From: Squalus acanthias | Lineage: Eukaryota | Direction: 5' to 3' | Length of the DNA: 64,000 nucleotides | NCBI GenBank assembly: GCA_030390025.1 | Contig: JASTWF010000348.1 | Location: 124,001 to 188,000 of the forward strand | Part shown: in pieces, positions 37,100-52,394 of the stretch | Position numbering within the stretch: the stretch's first letter is position 1 | How the letters are laid out: every line of letters begins with the position of its first letter | The notes under the pieces: generated by a model | The model's input: only the letters and a program-made list of their open reading frames with translations | The model's database searches: none | Told to the model about the DNA's origin: nothing | Program-made: the position numbers and the translations under genes

Positions 37100-38445
37100 C
37101 TCTCCATCAGGGACCTCCTTTTAAAGAGGGAGTCTCTCCGTCAGGGACCTCCTTTTAAAGAGGGAGTCTCTCCGTCAGGGACCCCTTTTAAAGAGGGAGT
37201 CTCTCCATCAGGGACCCCTATTAAAGAGGGAGTCTCTCCATCAGGGACCCCTTTTAAAGAGGGAGTCTCTCCATCAGGGACCCCTATTAAAGAGGGAATC
37301 TCTCCATCAGGGACCCCTTTTAAAGAGGGAGTCTCTCCATCAGGGACCCCTTTTAAAGAGGGAGTCTCTCCATCAGGGACCACCTTTTAAAGAGGGAGTC
37401 TCTCCATCAGAGACCCCTTTTAAAGAGGGAGTCTCTCCATCAGGGACCCCTCTTAAAGAGGGAGTCTCTCCATCAGGGACCCCTTTTAAAGAGGAAGTCT
37501 CTCCACCGGGACCCCTTTTAAAGAGGGAGTCTCTCCATCAGGGACCCCATTTACAGGGACCCCTTTTAAAGAGGGAGTCTCTCCATCAGGGACCCCTTTT
37601 AAAGAGGGAGTCTCTCCATCAGGGACCCCTTTTAAACAGGGAGTCTCTCCATCAGGGACCTCTTTTAAAGAGGGAGTCTCTCCATCAGGACCCCTTTTAA
37701 AGAGGGAGTCTCTCCATCAGGGACCCCTTTTAAAGAGGGAGTCTCTCCATCAGGGACCCCTTTTAAAGAGGGAGTCTCTCCGTCAGGGACCCCTTTTAAA
37801 CAGGGAGTCTCTCCATCAGGGACCTCTTTTAAAGAGGGAGTCTCTCCATCAGGACCCCTTTTAACATAAGAACATAAGAACATAAGAAATAGGAGCAGGA
37901 GTAGGCCAATCGGCCCCTCGAGCCTGCTCCGCCATTCAATAAGATCATGGCTGATCTGATCCTAACCGCCAATCTACAATCTATCACAGAACCATCTCAT
38001 GCATCTAACAGAATTGCACACACGAAATAGGAGCAGAATCAGGCTACACAGTCCCTGGGCCCGCTCCACTAACCACAGGGCCATGACCGATCCGAACCTA
38101 GACTCATGTCCAAATTCCTGCCCGCTCCCCGTAACCCTTAATGCCCTTTACTTCTAGGAAACTGTCTATTTCTGTTTTAAATTTAATTAATGTTGTAGCT
38201 TCTACAGCTTTTTGTGGCAGCATATTCCATGGACCTACCACCCTCTGAGTGAAGTAGTTCCTCCTCATCTCAGTTTTGAAGTAGTTCCTCCTCATCTCAG
38301 TTTTAAAGAGGGAGTCTCTCCATCAGGGACCCCCTTTTAAAGAGGGAGTCTCTCCATCAGGGACCCCCTTTTAAAGAGGGAGTCTCTCCATCAGGGACCC
38401 CCTTTTAAAGAGGGAGTCTCTCCATCAGGGACCTCTTATGAAGAG
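37100..38445 (+). repeat. 33-bp quasi-palindromic minisatellite, interrupted by a CR1 3' fragment
   Basis: Unit CCATCAGGGACCCCTTTTAAAGAGGGAGTCTCT. Confidence 0.95.
37865..38300 (-). mobile_element. CR1 3' fragment (long-3'UTR subfamily) inserted in the 33-bp array
   Basis: ORF 38104..38295, with TTTTAA on both flanks. Confidence 0.9.
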
Positions 38446-38894
38446 TATTTAATCTTGACCCATGGCAGATTTTCAGTCATAAAATCAACAGAGAACGCAG
38501 GGTGTAAAATATTTTGTCACATTTATTTAGTATTCTCTCTAAGTCTATGGTTGTAAAGCGGATACAGATTGGAAATCAATAATGGAGAGAATCAGTCATG
38601 AACAAGTAATTGGAAATGATAAACCAGTTAGATTATAAATATCCTGAGTGGGGAGTCAGGACAGGTGTCTGAGCCGAGTCAAGATCTTCATGAAAGATTC
38701 ATTGTACCGTCGCTTTCAATGAATCAGTCGATGGAAATGCTGAGCCTCCCAGATGGAACTCTCCCACCCGCTCCATTTCTGAAGCTTGTTCCAACAAGCT
38801 CGATCTCACTTCAAACACCCTTTTGCCCCTCAACAGCTCTTCAGTCTCGACAAAAAATAAAGTCCATCCAAGGCACTCTTGTTTATGGGGTCTC

Positions 38895-41477
38895 CCCACT
38901 AACCCCTCTCTCAAACTTCTGTATCTGGGGAGGACCCTCTAATCCCTCTCTCACTCTCCTGTATCTGGGGAGGTCCCTCTAAACCCTCTCTCACACCCTT
39001 GTATCTGGGGAGGTCCCTCTAACCACTCTCTCACACTCCTGTATCTGGGGAGGTCCCTCTAACCCCTCTCTCACACTCCTGTATCTGGGGAGGCCCCTCT
39101 AACCCCCTCTCTCACACTCCTGTATCTGGGGAGGCCCCTCTAACCCCCTCTCTCACACCCTTGTATCTGGGGAGGTCCCTCTAACCACTCTCTCACACTC
39201 CTGTATCTGTGGAGGTCCCTCTAACCCTCTCTCTCACTCTCCTGTATCTGGGGAGGCCCCTCTAACCCTCTCTCTCACACTCCTGTATCTGGGGAGGCTC
39301 CTCTAACCCCTCTCTCATACTCCTGTATCTGGGGAGGTCTCTCTAACCCCTCTCTCACTCTCCTCTATCTGGGGAGGTCCCTCTAACCCTTCTCTCAAAC
39401 TTCTGTATCTGGGGAGGTCCCGCTAACCCCTCTCTCGCACTCCTGTAACTGGGGAGGTCCCTCTAACCTCTCTCTCACACTCCTGTATCTGGGGAAGTCC
39501 CTCTAACCCCTCTCTCATACTCCTGAATCTGGGAAGGTCCCTCTAACCCCTCTCTCACACTCCTGTATCTGGGGAGGCCCCTTAACCCCCTCTCTCACTC
39601 TCCTGTATCTGGGGAGGTCCCTCTAACCCCTCTCTCACACTCCTGTATCTGAGGAGGCCCCTTAACCCCCTCTCTCACTCTCCTGTATCTGGGGAGGCCC
39701 CTCTAACCCCTCTCTTACACTACTGTATCTGGGGAGGTCCCTCTAACCCTTCTCTCACACTCCTGTATCTGGGGAGGTCCCTCTAACCCCTCTCTCACAC
39801 TCCTGTATCTGGGGAGGTCCCTCTAACCTCTCTCTCACACTCCTGTATCTGGGGAGGTCCCTCTAACCCCTCTCTCAGACTCCTGTATCTGGGGAGGTCC
39901 CTCTAATCCCTCTCTCTCACACTCCTGTATCTGGGGAGTTCCCTCTAACCCCTCTCTCACACTCCTGTATCTGGGGAGGCTCCTCTAACCACTCTCTCAC
40001 ACTCCTGTATCTGGGGAGGTCTCTCTAACCCCTCTCTCACTCTCCTTTATCTGGGGAGGTCCCTCTAACCCTTCTCTCACTCTCCTGTATCTGGGGAGGC
40101 CCCTCTAACCCCTCTCTTACACTCCTGTATCTGGGGAGGCCCCTCTAACCCCTCTCTCACACTCCTGTATCTGGGGAGGTCCCTCTAACCCCTCTCTCAC
40201 ACTCCTGTATCTGGGGAGGTCTCTCTAACCTTTCTCTCACACTCCTGTATCTGGGGAGGTCCCTCTAACCCCTCTCTCACACTCCTGTATCTGGGACACC
40301 CCTCTAACCCCTCTCTCACACTCCTGTATCTGGGGAGGTCCCTCTAACCCCTCTCTCACACTCCTGTATCTGGGGAGGTCCCTCTAACCCCTCTCTCACA
40401 CTCCTGTATCTGGGGAGGTCCCTCTAACCCCTCTCTCACACTCCTGTATCTGGGACACCCCTCTAACCCCTCTCTCACACTCCTGTATCTGGGGAGGTCC
40501 CTCTAACCCCTCTCTCACACTCCTGTATCTGGGGAGGTCCCTCTAACCCCTCTCTCACACTCCTGTATCTGGGGAGGTCCCTCTAACCCCTCTCTCACAC
40601 TCCTGTATCTGGGGAGTTCCCTCTAACCCCTCTCTCACACTCCTGTATCTGGGGAGGCTCCTCTAACCACTCTCTCACACTCCTGTATCTGGGGAGGTCT
40701 CTCTAACCCCTCTCTCACTCTCCTTTATCTGGGGAGGTCCCTCTAACCCTTCTCTCACTCTCCTGTATCTGGGGAGGCCCCTCTAACCCCTCTCTTACAC
40801 TCCTGTATCTGGGGAGGCCCCTCTAACCCCTCTCTCACACTCCTGTATCTGGGGAGGTCCCTCTAACCCCTTTCTCACACTCCTGTATCTGGGGAGGTCT
40901 CTCTAACCTTTCTCTCACACTCCTGTATCTGGGGAGGTCCCTCTAACCCCTCTCTCACACTCCTGTATCTGGGACACCCCTCTAACCCCTCTCTCACACT
41001 CCTGTATCTGGGGAGGTCCCTCTAACCCCTCTCTCACACTCCTGTATCTGGGGAGGTCCCTCTAACCCCTCTCTCACACTCCTGTATCTGGGGAGGTCCC
41101 TCTAACCCCTCTCTCACACTCCTGTATCTGGGACACCCCTCTAACCCCTCTCTCACACTCCTGTATCTGGGGAGGTCCCTCTAACCCCTCTCTCACACTC
41201 CTGTATCTGGGGAGGTCCCTCTAACCCCTCTCTCACACTCCTGTATCTGGGGAGGTCCCTCTAACCCCTCTCTCACACTCCTGTATCTGGGGAGGTCCCT
41301 CTAACCCCTCTCTCACACTCCTGTATCTGGGGAGGTCCCTCTAACCCCTCTCTCACACTCCTGTATCTGGGGAGGTCCCTCTAACCCCTCTCTCACACTC
41401 CTGTATCTGGGGAGGCCCCTCTAACCCCTCTCTCTCACACTCCTGTATCTGGGGAGGTCCCTCTAACCCCTCTCTCA
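38895..41477 (+). repeat. 40-bp minisatellite (about 64 copies)
   Basis: Unit CTCTAACCCCTCTCTCACACTCCTGTATCTGGGGAGGTCC. Confidence 0.97.
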
Positions 41478-42184
41478 TGGGAAACTGCGGACAGAATTAC
41501 TTGCCCACAGCTCCTGGCAACCCAGATTTCAAGTGGCTATGAATTGAGGCCTGAAATTAGGCTCCGAGGTTAGTCTCTCGCGTTGACTGTCAACCAGCTG
41601 AAGCAGAGAAAATCTTTTTGGGAGCAGGGAGATCTCATCGCTGACAGAGAAGAATTGTTCACCCATCCTTTGAAGTGTCACCCACCACTCTCCGCATCGC
41701 GCCCCCCCCCCCACCCCCACCACCGTCCCCCACACCTGCCAGGATGGCCAACTATGGTCGGGGGTTATTCCTGGAGCCTTCATCACATGACCTCCCACCT
41801 CCAGCCTCCCCGCCCAGTCGAACAGCCCTTATTTCTCATCTTTAATGCATTTGGAACTAATAAACCAAAAGTGTTCAAAACATAGTGAATATACACGATG
41901 TGTTCGTGAACCGGAACCCACCCGACCCCCGCCCCCACCTCCCATTTATTGGGGGGCAACAGCTTGAAACATCTTGTCCACGTTTTCGAGGAATCCCTGA
42001 AGAGGGATGTCCCTTAGCCTGCTCACCTCGGGTTAGCTCGAGCTGCTTTCCCAGGGATGGTAACCGGGCCTAGTTGGCCTGCTGCTTCTACACGCACACG
42101 CACACACATGGGCGCACGCGTGCTGGAAAATGCCGACGGGCTGACCCTCAGCAGAACTGTACGACACCCAGGGTTTTCAGTCCG

Positions 42185-42578
42185 AATCTCAACAGCTTAA
42201 ACATTCACTCCCTCCACCACCGGCGCACCGTGGCTGCAGGGTGCACCGTCTACAAGATGCCCCACAGCAACTCGCCAAGGCTTCTTCGGCAACGCCTCCC
42301 AAACCCGCGACCTCGTCCACCTAGAAGGACAAGGGCAGCAGGCGCATGGGAGCACCGCCACCTCCGAGTCACGCACACCATCCTGACTTGGAAATATGTC
42401 GACGTTCCTTCATCGTCGCTCGGTCCAAATCCTGGAACTCTCGACATTTGTGGGAGCACCTTCACCACACGGACTGCAGCGGTTGAAGAGGCGGCTCACC
42501 ACCACCTTCTCGAGGGCAACCGGCGATGGCCAATGAAGGCCGGCCTTGCCAGCGACGCCCACATCTCGGGAATGAATT
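42185..42578 (+). mobile_element. Non-LTR retrotransposon (CR1-group) 3' fragment
   Basis: LNIHSLHHRRTVAA..YKM..SNSPRLLRQ.LPNPRP resembles the SLxxRR C-terminal region of CR1-group ORF2. Confidence 0.65.
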
Positions 42579-43459
42579 AGAAAATAGTGGTTGGCTGCAA
42601 ATCCTGCCAATCGACTCGCGCGCTTATCTCGTTGGCTCTTTCTCTGTTGGTCAGCCCTCCCTCCCTCCATCCCTCCCACCCTCCCTCCCTCCCCCCCCCG
42701 CCTTTGCCTCCTGGCTCATATGCCAAGGCCCAGGTTCCACAGGCCTAGGCTTCTCTCCAGCACCTCACCCGAGCGGCCCCAGTCTTCAGGTGAGAGCCCA
42801 GATAGTAAGTGGTGGGGATAGGGGCAGGATATTCGAGCCAGGAAGGTGGGGAGGAGGGGGGGGGGGGGGGGTGGGAACCTGGGCTCTTCTGCTCTGTGCG
42901 GAGCTCAGCACCACACACTGGGTTTGGACGATTGAACACAGAGTAAGTGAAGGGGCGGCGGGGGGGGGGCGGAGGGAGGAAGAGTCGACTTTTAGAACCC
43001 TTTCCGCCTAGAAAGGATGAGCGCGTAAAGGGAGGCGGGGGACGTGCTATCAGACGGCTGTTGGGCGAGACTGTGAGAAGTGCGAGTGGGGGGGTGGGGG
43101 AGGGGGGGGCGGTGGGGGAAAAGCGACTTCCTGTTACTGAGGTAAGGCGCGCTGGGAAATATTCCCGACTCAAGGCCTGTTGACACTCTGTTGGTTGGAG
43201 TCGCCCCGCTTCTCGGCCTAGCTGATGACGTCACGGGCCTGATCTGGGGAGGTCAAAGGGCAGGCAGCTCCCTCTGCCATTTACCTCCCCCCCCCGACCA
43301 AATACGCAGTTTAAGGCCGGTACAGTCAGGATGGAACGCCAACCGCCTCGGCATTGAGTGTCATCCCCGAAAACACCGGGATTGTAGCCAGGAGTGACAA
43401 GAGCTGCCCTGGAAGATTCAATAATCAAAAGGTCAAGGTTCAACGACTGACATGCGGGG

Positions 43460-44545
43460 ACCGTGTGCAATGTATCCAGGTTTGCTGACGATACAAAGCT
43501 AGGTGGGAAAGTAAGCTGTGAGGAGGATGCAAAGAGAGTGCTCAGAGATATAGACAGGTTACATGAGTGGGCAAGAAGGTGGCAGATGGAGTATAATGTG
43601 GGGAAGTGTGAGGTTATTCACTTTGGTAGGACAAAAGGAAAAGCAGAATATTTTTTAAAAGCGGAGCCTGATAAATGTTGGTACACGAATCACAGAAAGT
43701 TAACATGCTGGTGCAGAAAGCAATTAGGGAGGCAAATGGTAGGTTCGCATTTATTGCAAGGGGTTTGGAATATAATGAGTAAGGAGGTCTTGCTGCAATA
43801 ATATAGGGCTTTGGTGAGACCACACCTGGAGTACTGCGCACAGTTTTGGTCTCCTTACCTAAGGAAGGATGTACTTGCCTTAGAGGCGGTGCAACGAAGG
43901 TTCACTCGATTGATTCCTGGGATGAGAGGGCTGTCCGATGAGGAGAGATTGTGTAGATTGGGCCGATACTCTCTGGAGTTTAGAAGAATGAGAGGTGATC
44001 TCATTGAAACATATGAGATTTTGAGGGTGATTGACAGGGTAGATGCAGGGAGGATGTTTCCCCTGGCTGGGGAGTCTAGAACCAGGGGTCACAGTCTCAG
44101 GATAAGGGGTCGGCCATTCAGGACTGAGATGAGGAGACATTTCTTCACTCAGAGGGTGGTGAATCTTTGGAATTCTCTGCCCCAGAGGGCTGTGTAGGCT
44201 CAGTCATTGAGTATATTCAAGACAGAGATCGATAGATTTTTGAATATTGAGGGAATCAAGGGATTCGGGGATCGGGCAGGAAAGTCGAGTTGGGGTTGAA
44301 GATCAGCCATGATCTTATTGAATGGCGGAGTGGGCTCGAGGGGCCGAATGGCCTACTGCTGCTCCTATTTCTTATATGTTCTTATTAATAATAACTTTCA
44401 AAAGGGAATTGGATAATTATTTGAAGTGGAAACATTAGCAGGGCTATGGGGTAAGAGCAGGGGAAGAGTGGGACTGATTGGAGAGCTCTTTCAAAGAGCC
44501 GGCACAGGCACGATGGGCCGAATGGCCTCCTTCTGTGCTGCATGA
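43460..44545 (+). mobile_element. Degenerate CR1 (43460-44385) followed by a second CR1 3' end
   Basis: RFADDTKLGG and VRPHLEYCAQFWSP, two 3'UTRs. Confidence 0.9.
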
Positions 44546-45092
44546 CATGGACGAGCAGGATGACCGCACCATCATAGCCCCCAGCCTGTGAATTTTGGAT
44601 CCCTTCCCCTCCGCACTCATCCCTTCTACTTTTGGGGCTCCACTCCGCAACCCTCCCAAGCGCCCGCAAGCCTTCTCGATGGGGATCGACCAGACTGCCC
44701 AGGCAGCCGTCTCGTCTTTGCGCTGTGGAGCCACTGCAGAGCTGTCGGTACGTTCCACGCACCCATCCACCCCACCCCACCAAACCCTACCCCTACCCCC
44801 CCAGCCCCACCCTGTGACATCTCCCCACCCCCCCCACACCCCACCCCCAACCGACCTTCCTGAATCTCTGCCCATCCTTGTCCCTCCACGTTCGCCGTTC
44901 ACTCCAGCTACCACCAGGAGGATGGGATGGGATTGGACAGAAAGTGTTGGATCCTTTGAAAGGAGGGCGGGGGGGGGGGTTGGGGGAAGGGGGAAAGTGG
45001 TCACTCCACACGAGAAAAGCATCTCCCAGGTCCGGCTTGTGAGTAAACATCAATTTTGAAAGGGCGGTGGGGGATGGTCAGGGCAGAGGTGC

Positions 45093-45460
45093 TGATTGAA
45101 GGTAGGGCCCAAGGCGTTGGGTGTACAAGAAACCTTTGAAATTGTGGGTCGGTTGGCCAACCATGGGGAGGAAGGGGGGTGTGAGATGTTGATTGAAGGT
45201 AGGGCCCAAGGCGTTGGACGTACAAGAAACCCTTGGAATTATGGGTCGGTTGGCCAACCATCGAGAGGGAGAGGGGTGCGAGATGTTGCTTGAAGGTAGG
45301 GCCCAAGGTGTTGGACGTACAGGAAACCCTTGGAATTATGGGTCGGTTGGCCAACCATCGAGAGGGAGAGGGGTGCGAGATGTTGATTGAAAATTGGGCC
45401 CAAGGTGTTGGACTTACAAGAAACCCTTGGAATTATGGGTCGGTTGGCCAACCATGGGGA
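45093..45460 (+). repeat. 97-bp tandem repeat (about 4 copies) just downstream of the cerebellin stop codon
   Basis: Period 97. Each unit contains GGTTGGCCAACC. Confidence 0.9.
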
Positions 45461-45594
45461 GGAAGGCTTGGGGTGGGGGTGGCGGGTGGTGTAGTTAGAG
45501 AGACATGAAAATACATTCAGTTGCATGGAGGACTAATCCCGTCAGGACATGGGCCGTCCGTTGGAAGCTCTCCCTCCGGATGGTTGCGAGGACG

Positions 45595-48700
<3,106 letters not shown>

Positions 48701-49129
48701 AAAGAAAGAAACTCCCACACACAGAACAAGCACAGTGTAGAGGAAGCTTTACTCTGTATCTAACCAGTGCTGTACCTGCCCTGGGAGTGTTTGATGGAGT
48801 TTGGAGATCGGTTGAGTGCAGGATCCTTGAATCACTGAGGTAGTGAGTTGAGATCCCAGTAAAGCTGACAATTCTCTGACCATGACTCTGGGCAGGTAGC
48901 GGGAAAAAATGCCACTTTGAAGTCGATGGGTTGTCGTTAAAAACCCAAGCGGACCCCTGAATACCCTTCATGGAATGGATTCTGAATCCTACCCGTCTCA
49001 AGGCCTAGTCAGCCACTCTATTGGAGCAACGATGACTCCAAGAGAAGGCCCAAAGCCCCCTATCAGGTGGAAGTTCGGCTTGGCCTTGCCAGCATTGCCG
49101 CCACCTGAGAACAGAGGGAAAAAACCCTC

Positions 49130-49420
49130 CAGAGCGAGGGGTCACTGCCTTAAAATTAGAGCCAGGCCGTTCCGGCATGTTGACGGGAAGCTTTTCTTCA
49201 CACAAAAGGGGAGTGGAAATCTGGAACTCTCTCCCCTAAAAAGCTGTTGAGGCTGGGGGTCAATTGAAAATTTCAAAACTGAGATTGATAAATTTTTGTT
49301 GGTCAAGGGTGCTAAAGGTCACGGAACCAAGGCGGGTGGATGGAGTTAAGATACAGATCAGCCATGATCTCACTGAATGACGGAACAGGCCCAAGGGGCT
49401 GAACGGCCTCCTCCTGTTCC
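49130..49420 (+). mobile_element. CR1 3' fragment
   Basis: RARGHCLKIRARPFR...FFTQ, plus 3'UTR. Confidence 0.8.
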
Positions 49421-50061
49421 TATGGTAACAGGTTCGAGGGGCTGACTGGCCTCCTCCTGTTCCTATGGTAACAAGTTTGAGGGGCTGACTGGCCTCCTCC
49501 TGTTCCTATGTAACAGGTTCGAGGGGCTGAATGGCCTCCTCCTGTTCCTGTGTAACAGGCTTGAGGGGCTAAATGGCCTCCTCCTGTTCCCGTGTAACAG
49601 GCCCGAGGGGCTGAATGGCCTTCTCCTGTTCCTATGGTAACAGGCCCGAGGGGCTGAATGGCCTCCTCCTGTTCCTGTGTAACAGCTCCAGGGGCTGAAT
49701 GGCCTTCTCCTGTTCCTATGGTAACAGGCCCGAGGGACTGAATGGCCTCATCCTATTCCTATGGTAACAGGCTTGAGGAGCTGAATGGCCTCCTCCTGTT
49801 CCTATGGTAACAGGCCCGAGAGACTGAATGGCCTCCTCCTGTTCCTATGGTAACAGGCCCGAGGGACTGAATGGCCTCCTCCTGTTCCGATGGTAACAGG
49901 CCCGAGGGGCTGAATGGCCTCCTCCTGTTCCTATGGTAACAGGCCCGAGGGGCTGAATGGCCTCCTCCTGTTCCTATGGTAACAGGCCCGAGGGGCTGAA
50001 TGGCCTCCACCTGTTCCTGTGTCACAGGCTCGAGGGCCTGAATGGCCTCCTCCTGTTGCTA
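49385..50061 (+). repeat. About 43-bp tandem repeat derived from a CR1 3' terminus (about 16 copies)
   Basis: Unit AACAGGCCCGAGGGGCTGAATGGCCTCCTCCTGTTCCTATGGT, continuous with the CR1 end at 49130-49420. Confidence 0.9.
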
Positions 50062-50104
50062 TGCTCCTTTATGGCACAGAAGGAGGCCATTTGGCCCATA
50101 AAAG

Positions 50105-50573
50105 AGGAAGAAAGACTTACATTTATATAGTGCCTTTCACGACCACCGGATGTCCCAAAGCGCTTTACAAACAATGAAGTACTTTTTGAAGTGTAATCAC
50201 TGCTGTACTGTCGGAAACGCGGCAGCCAATTTGCGCACAGCAAGCTGCCACAAAGAGCAATGTGCTGATGGCCAGATAATCTTTTTCAGTGATGTTGATG
50301 GAGGGATAAATATTGGCCCCAGGACCCCGAGGAAAACTCCCCCCTGGTCTTCTATCGAATAGTGGCCGTGGGATCTTTTACGTCCACCCGAGAGAGCAGA
50401 CGGGACCTCGGTTTAACATCTCTTCCGAAAGACGGCACCTCCGACAGTGCAGTGCTCCCTCAGCACTGCACTGGAGTGTCGGCCTAGATTCTTACGCTCA
50501 AGTCCCTGGAGTGGGACTGGAACCCACAACCTTCTGACCTCAGAGGCGAGTGTGCTACCCACTGAGCCACGGC
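50105..50573 (-). mobile_element. tRNA-derived SINE, SacSINE1/DeuSINE-like, near full length
   Basis: tRNA-like head (GTGGCTCAGTGGGTAG...GGTTCCAGTCCC), Deu-like core GAGGTGCCGTCTTTCGG...TTAAACCGAGG and an L2-like tail. Family name from recall. Confidence 0.78.
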
Positions 50574-50677
50574 CCATGCTCGTCAACTGGATCTCTCTCC
50601 TCCAGTCCCATTTCCCTGCCCTTTCCTGTTCCATTCTTCCTTCTCCTGTTCTCTTTTAAATGGTGTTCCAGTCTCTC

Positions 50678-51050
50678 AACAACAACAACAACAACTTGCA
50701 TTTATACAGCACCTCTAACATAGTAAAACATCCCAAGGCGCTTCACAGGAGCGATTATCAGACAATATTTGACACCGAGCCACATAAGGAGATATCAGGG
50801 CAGGTGACCAAAAGCTTGGTCAAAGAGGTAGGTTTTGAGGAGCGTCTTAAAGGAGGAGAGAGAGAGAGGCGGAGAGGTTTAGGCAGGGAATTCCAGAGCT
50901 GAGGGCCCAGGCAGCTGAAGGCACAGCCGCCAATGGTGGAGCGATTAAAATCGGGGGATGCGCGAGAGGCCGGAATTAGAGGAGCGCAGAGATCTCGGGA
51001 GGGTTGTGGGTCTGGAGGAGGTTAGAGAGACAGGGAGGGGCGAGGCCACG
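50678..51050 (-). mobile_element. L2 LINE 3' fragment with (TTG)n tail
   Basis: Homologous to 26398-26857. Confidence 0.85.
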
Positions 51051-51261
51051 CAAAGGATTTGAAAGCAAGGACTCCTTGATAAACCCCCTCTGATAGACCG
51101 TTCTCTGCTCTGATGCCCCTCTCTCTGAAAACATTCGCTCCAATGCACCCTCGGGTGGTAATCCTCAGTCTGCCTGTCCCCTTGTGACCCCGTTACCCAG
51201 TCGGCACTGAACAATTCATGGTTTACCCTACTTGAAGTCTGTTTGAATTCGGCATACCCTT

Positions 51262-52207
51262 TGACATCAATCTGTCATTCATGAAAGAAAGACTTATGAA
51301 ATAATACTGAGCGGCCTGCGAGTGGCGCTGTCCCGGGAGAGTATAAATACTCGGGCATGGGCCCAGCTTGCGCAGGACATTCTTTAACAGGGTATTGGTG
51401 AGACCGCACCTGGAATACTGCATACAGTTTTGGTGTTCATACTTAAGAAAAGACATACTTGCTCTCGAGTCAGTACAAAGAAGGTTCACTCGGTTAATCC
51501 CGGGGATGAGGGGATGGACATATGAGGAGAGGTTGGGTAGATTGGGACTATATTCATTGGAGTTCAGAAGAATGAGAGGCGATCTTATTGAAACATATAA
51601 GATTGTGAAGGGGTTGGATCGGGTGGATGCGGGGAGGATGTTCCCGATGATGGGTGAAACTAGAACTAGGGGGCATAGTCTTAGAATAAGGGGCTGCTCT
51701 TTCAAAACTGAGATGAGAAGGAACTACTTCACTCAGAGGGTGGTAGGTCCATGGAATATGCTGCCCCAAAAAGCTGTAGAAGCTACATCATTACATAAAT
51801 TTAAAACAGAAATAGACAGTTTCCTAGAAGTAAAGGGAATTAAGGGTTACGGGGAGCGGGCAGGAATTTGGACATGAGTCTAGGTTCGGATCGGTCATGG
51901 CCCTGTGGGTAGCGTAGCGGGCCCAGGGGCCGTGTAGCCTGATCCTGCTCCTATTTCGTGTGTCCAATTCTGTTAGGTTCAGGAGATGGTTCTGTGATAG
52001 TAGATTGGCGGTTAGGATCAGATCAGCCATGATCTTATTGAATGGCGGAGCAGGCTCGAGGGGCCAATTGGCCTACTCCTGCTCCTATTTCTTATATTCT
52101 TATGTTAGGAACTAGTGAAGGACACAACTAGACCTCCATGTTGTAAAACAGTTGATTAAAGCTTTGTTTAATGCTTAGACCAAGTGCCTTGTAGATTTCT
52201 CACGTCA
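51262..52207 (+). mobile_element. Second solo LTR of the same family (TSD CCCTT), split by a CR1
   Basis: Homologous to 35751-35967. TSD at 51257-51261 and 52208-52212. Confidence 0.85.
51390..52106 (+). mobile_element. CR1 LINE (long-3'UTR subfamily) inserted in the solo LTR
   Basis: ORF 51368..51877 ending GYGERAGIWT*. Confidence 0.92.
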
Positions 52208-52394
52208 CCCTTCACTGTGGGAAAAAAAAATCCCTCCATTGTTTGAGCCTTTCTCTCTGATTCCTGGTATCATTCTGGGGAATCCCTGCCGTCCCCTTTC
52301 CATATGCCGATTATCCTTCTTATACTGGGGAGGTGGAATCCCAGAACTGCACACAGTCCTCCCCCCCGGGCTTTGACCCTTCACCCCGGAGTCA

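Noticed and set aside
38895..41477. Interstitial telomeric repeat (CTAACCC in each unit)
   Set aside because: There is only one hexamer per 40-bp unit, never in tandem.
41945..41950. AATAAA (minus strand) as the cerebellin poly(A) signal
   Set aside because: It is 3.6 kb from the stop codon across several repeats and cannot be supported without transcript data.
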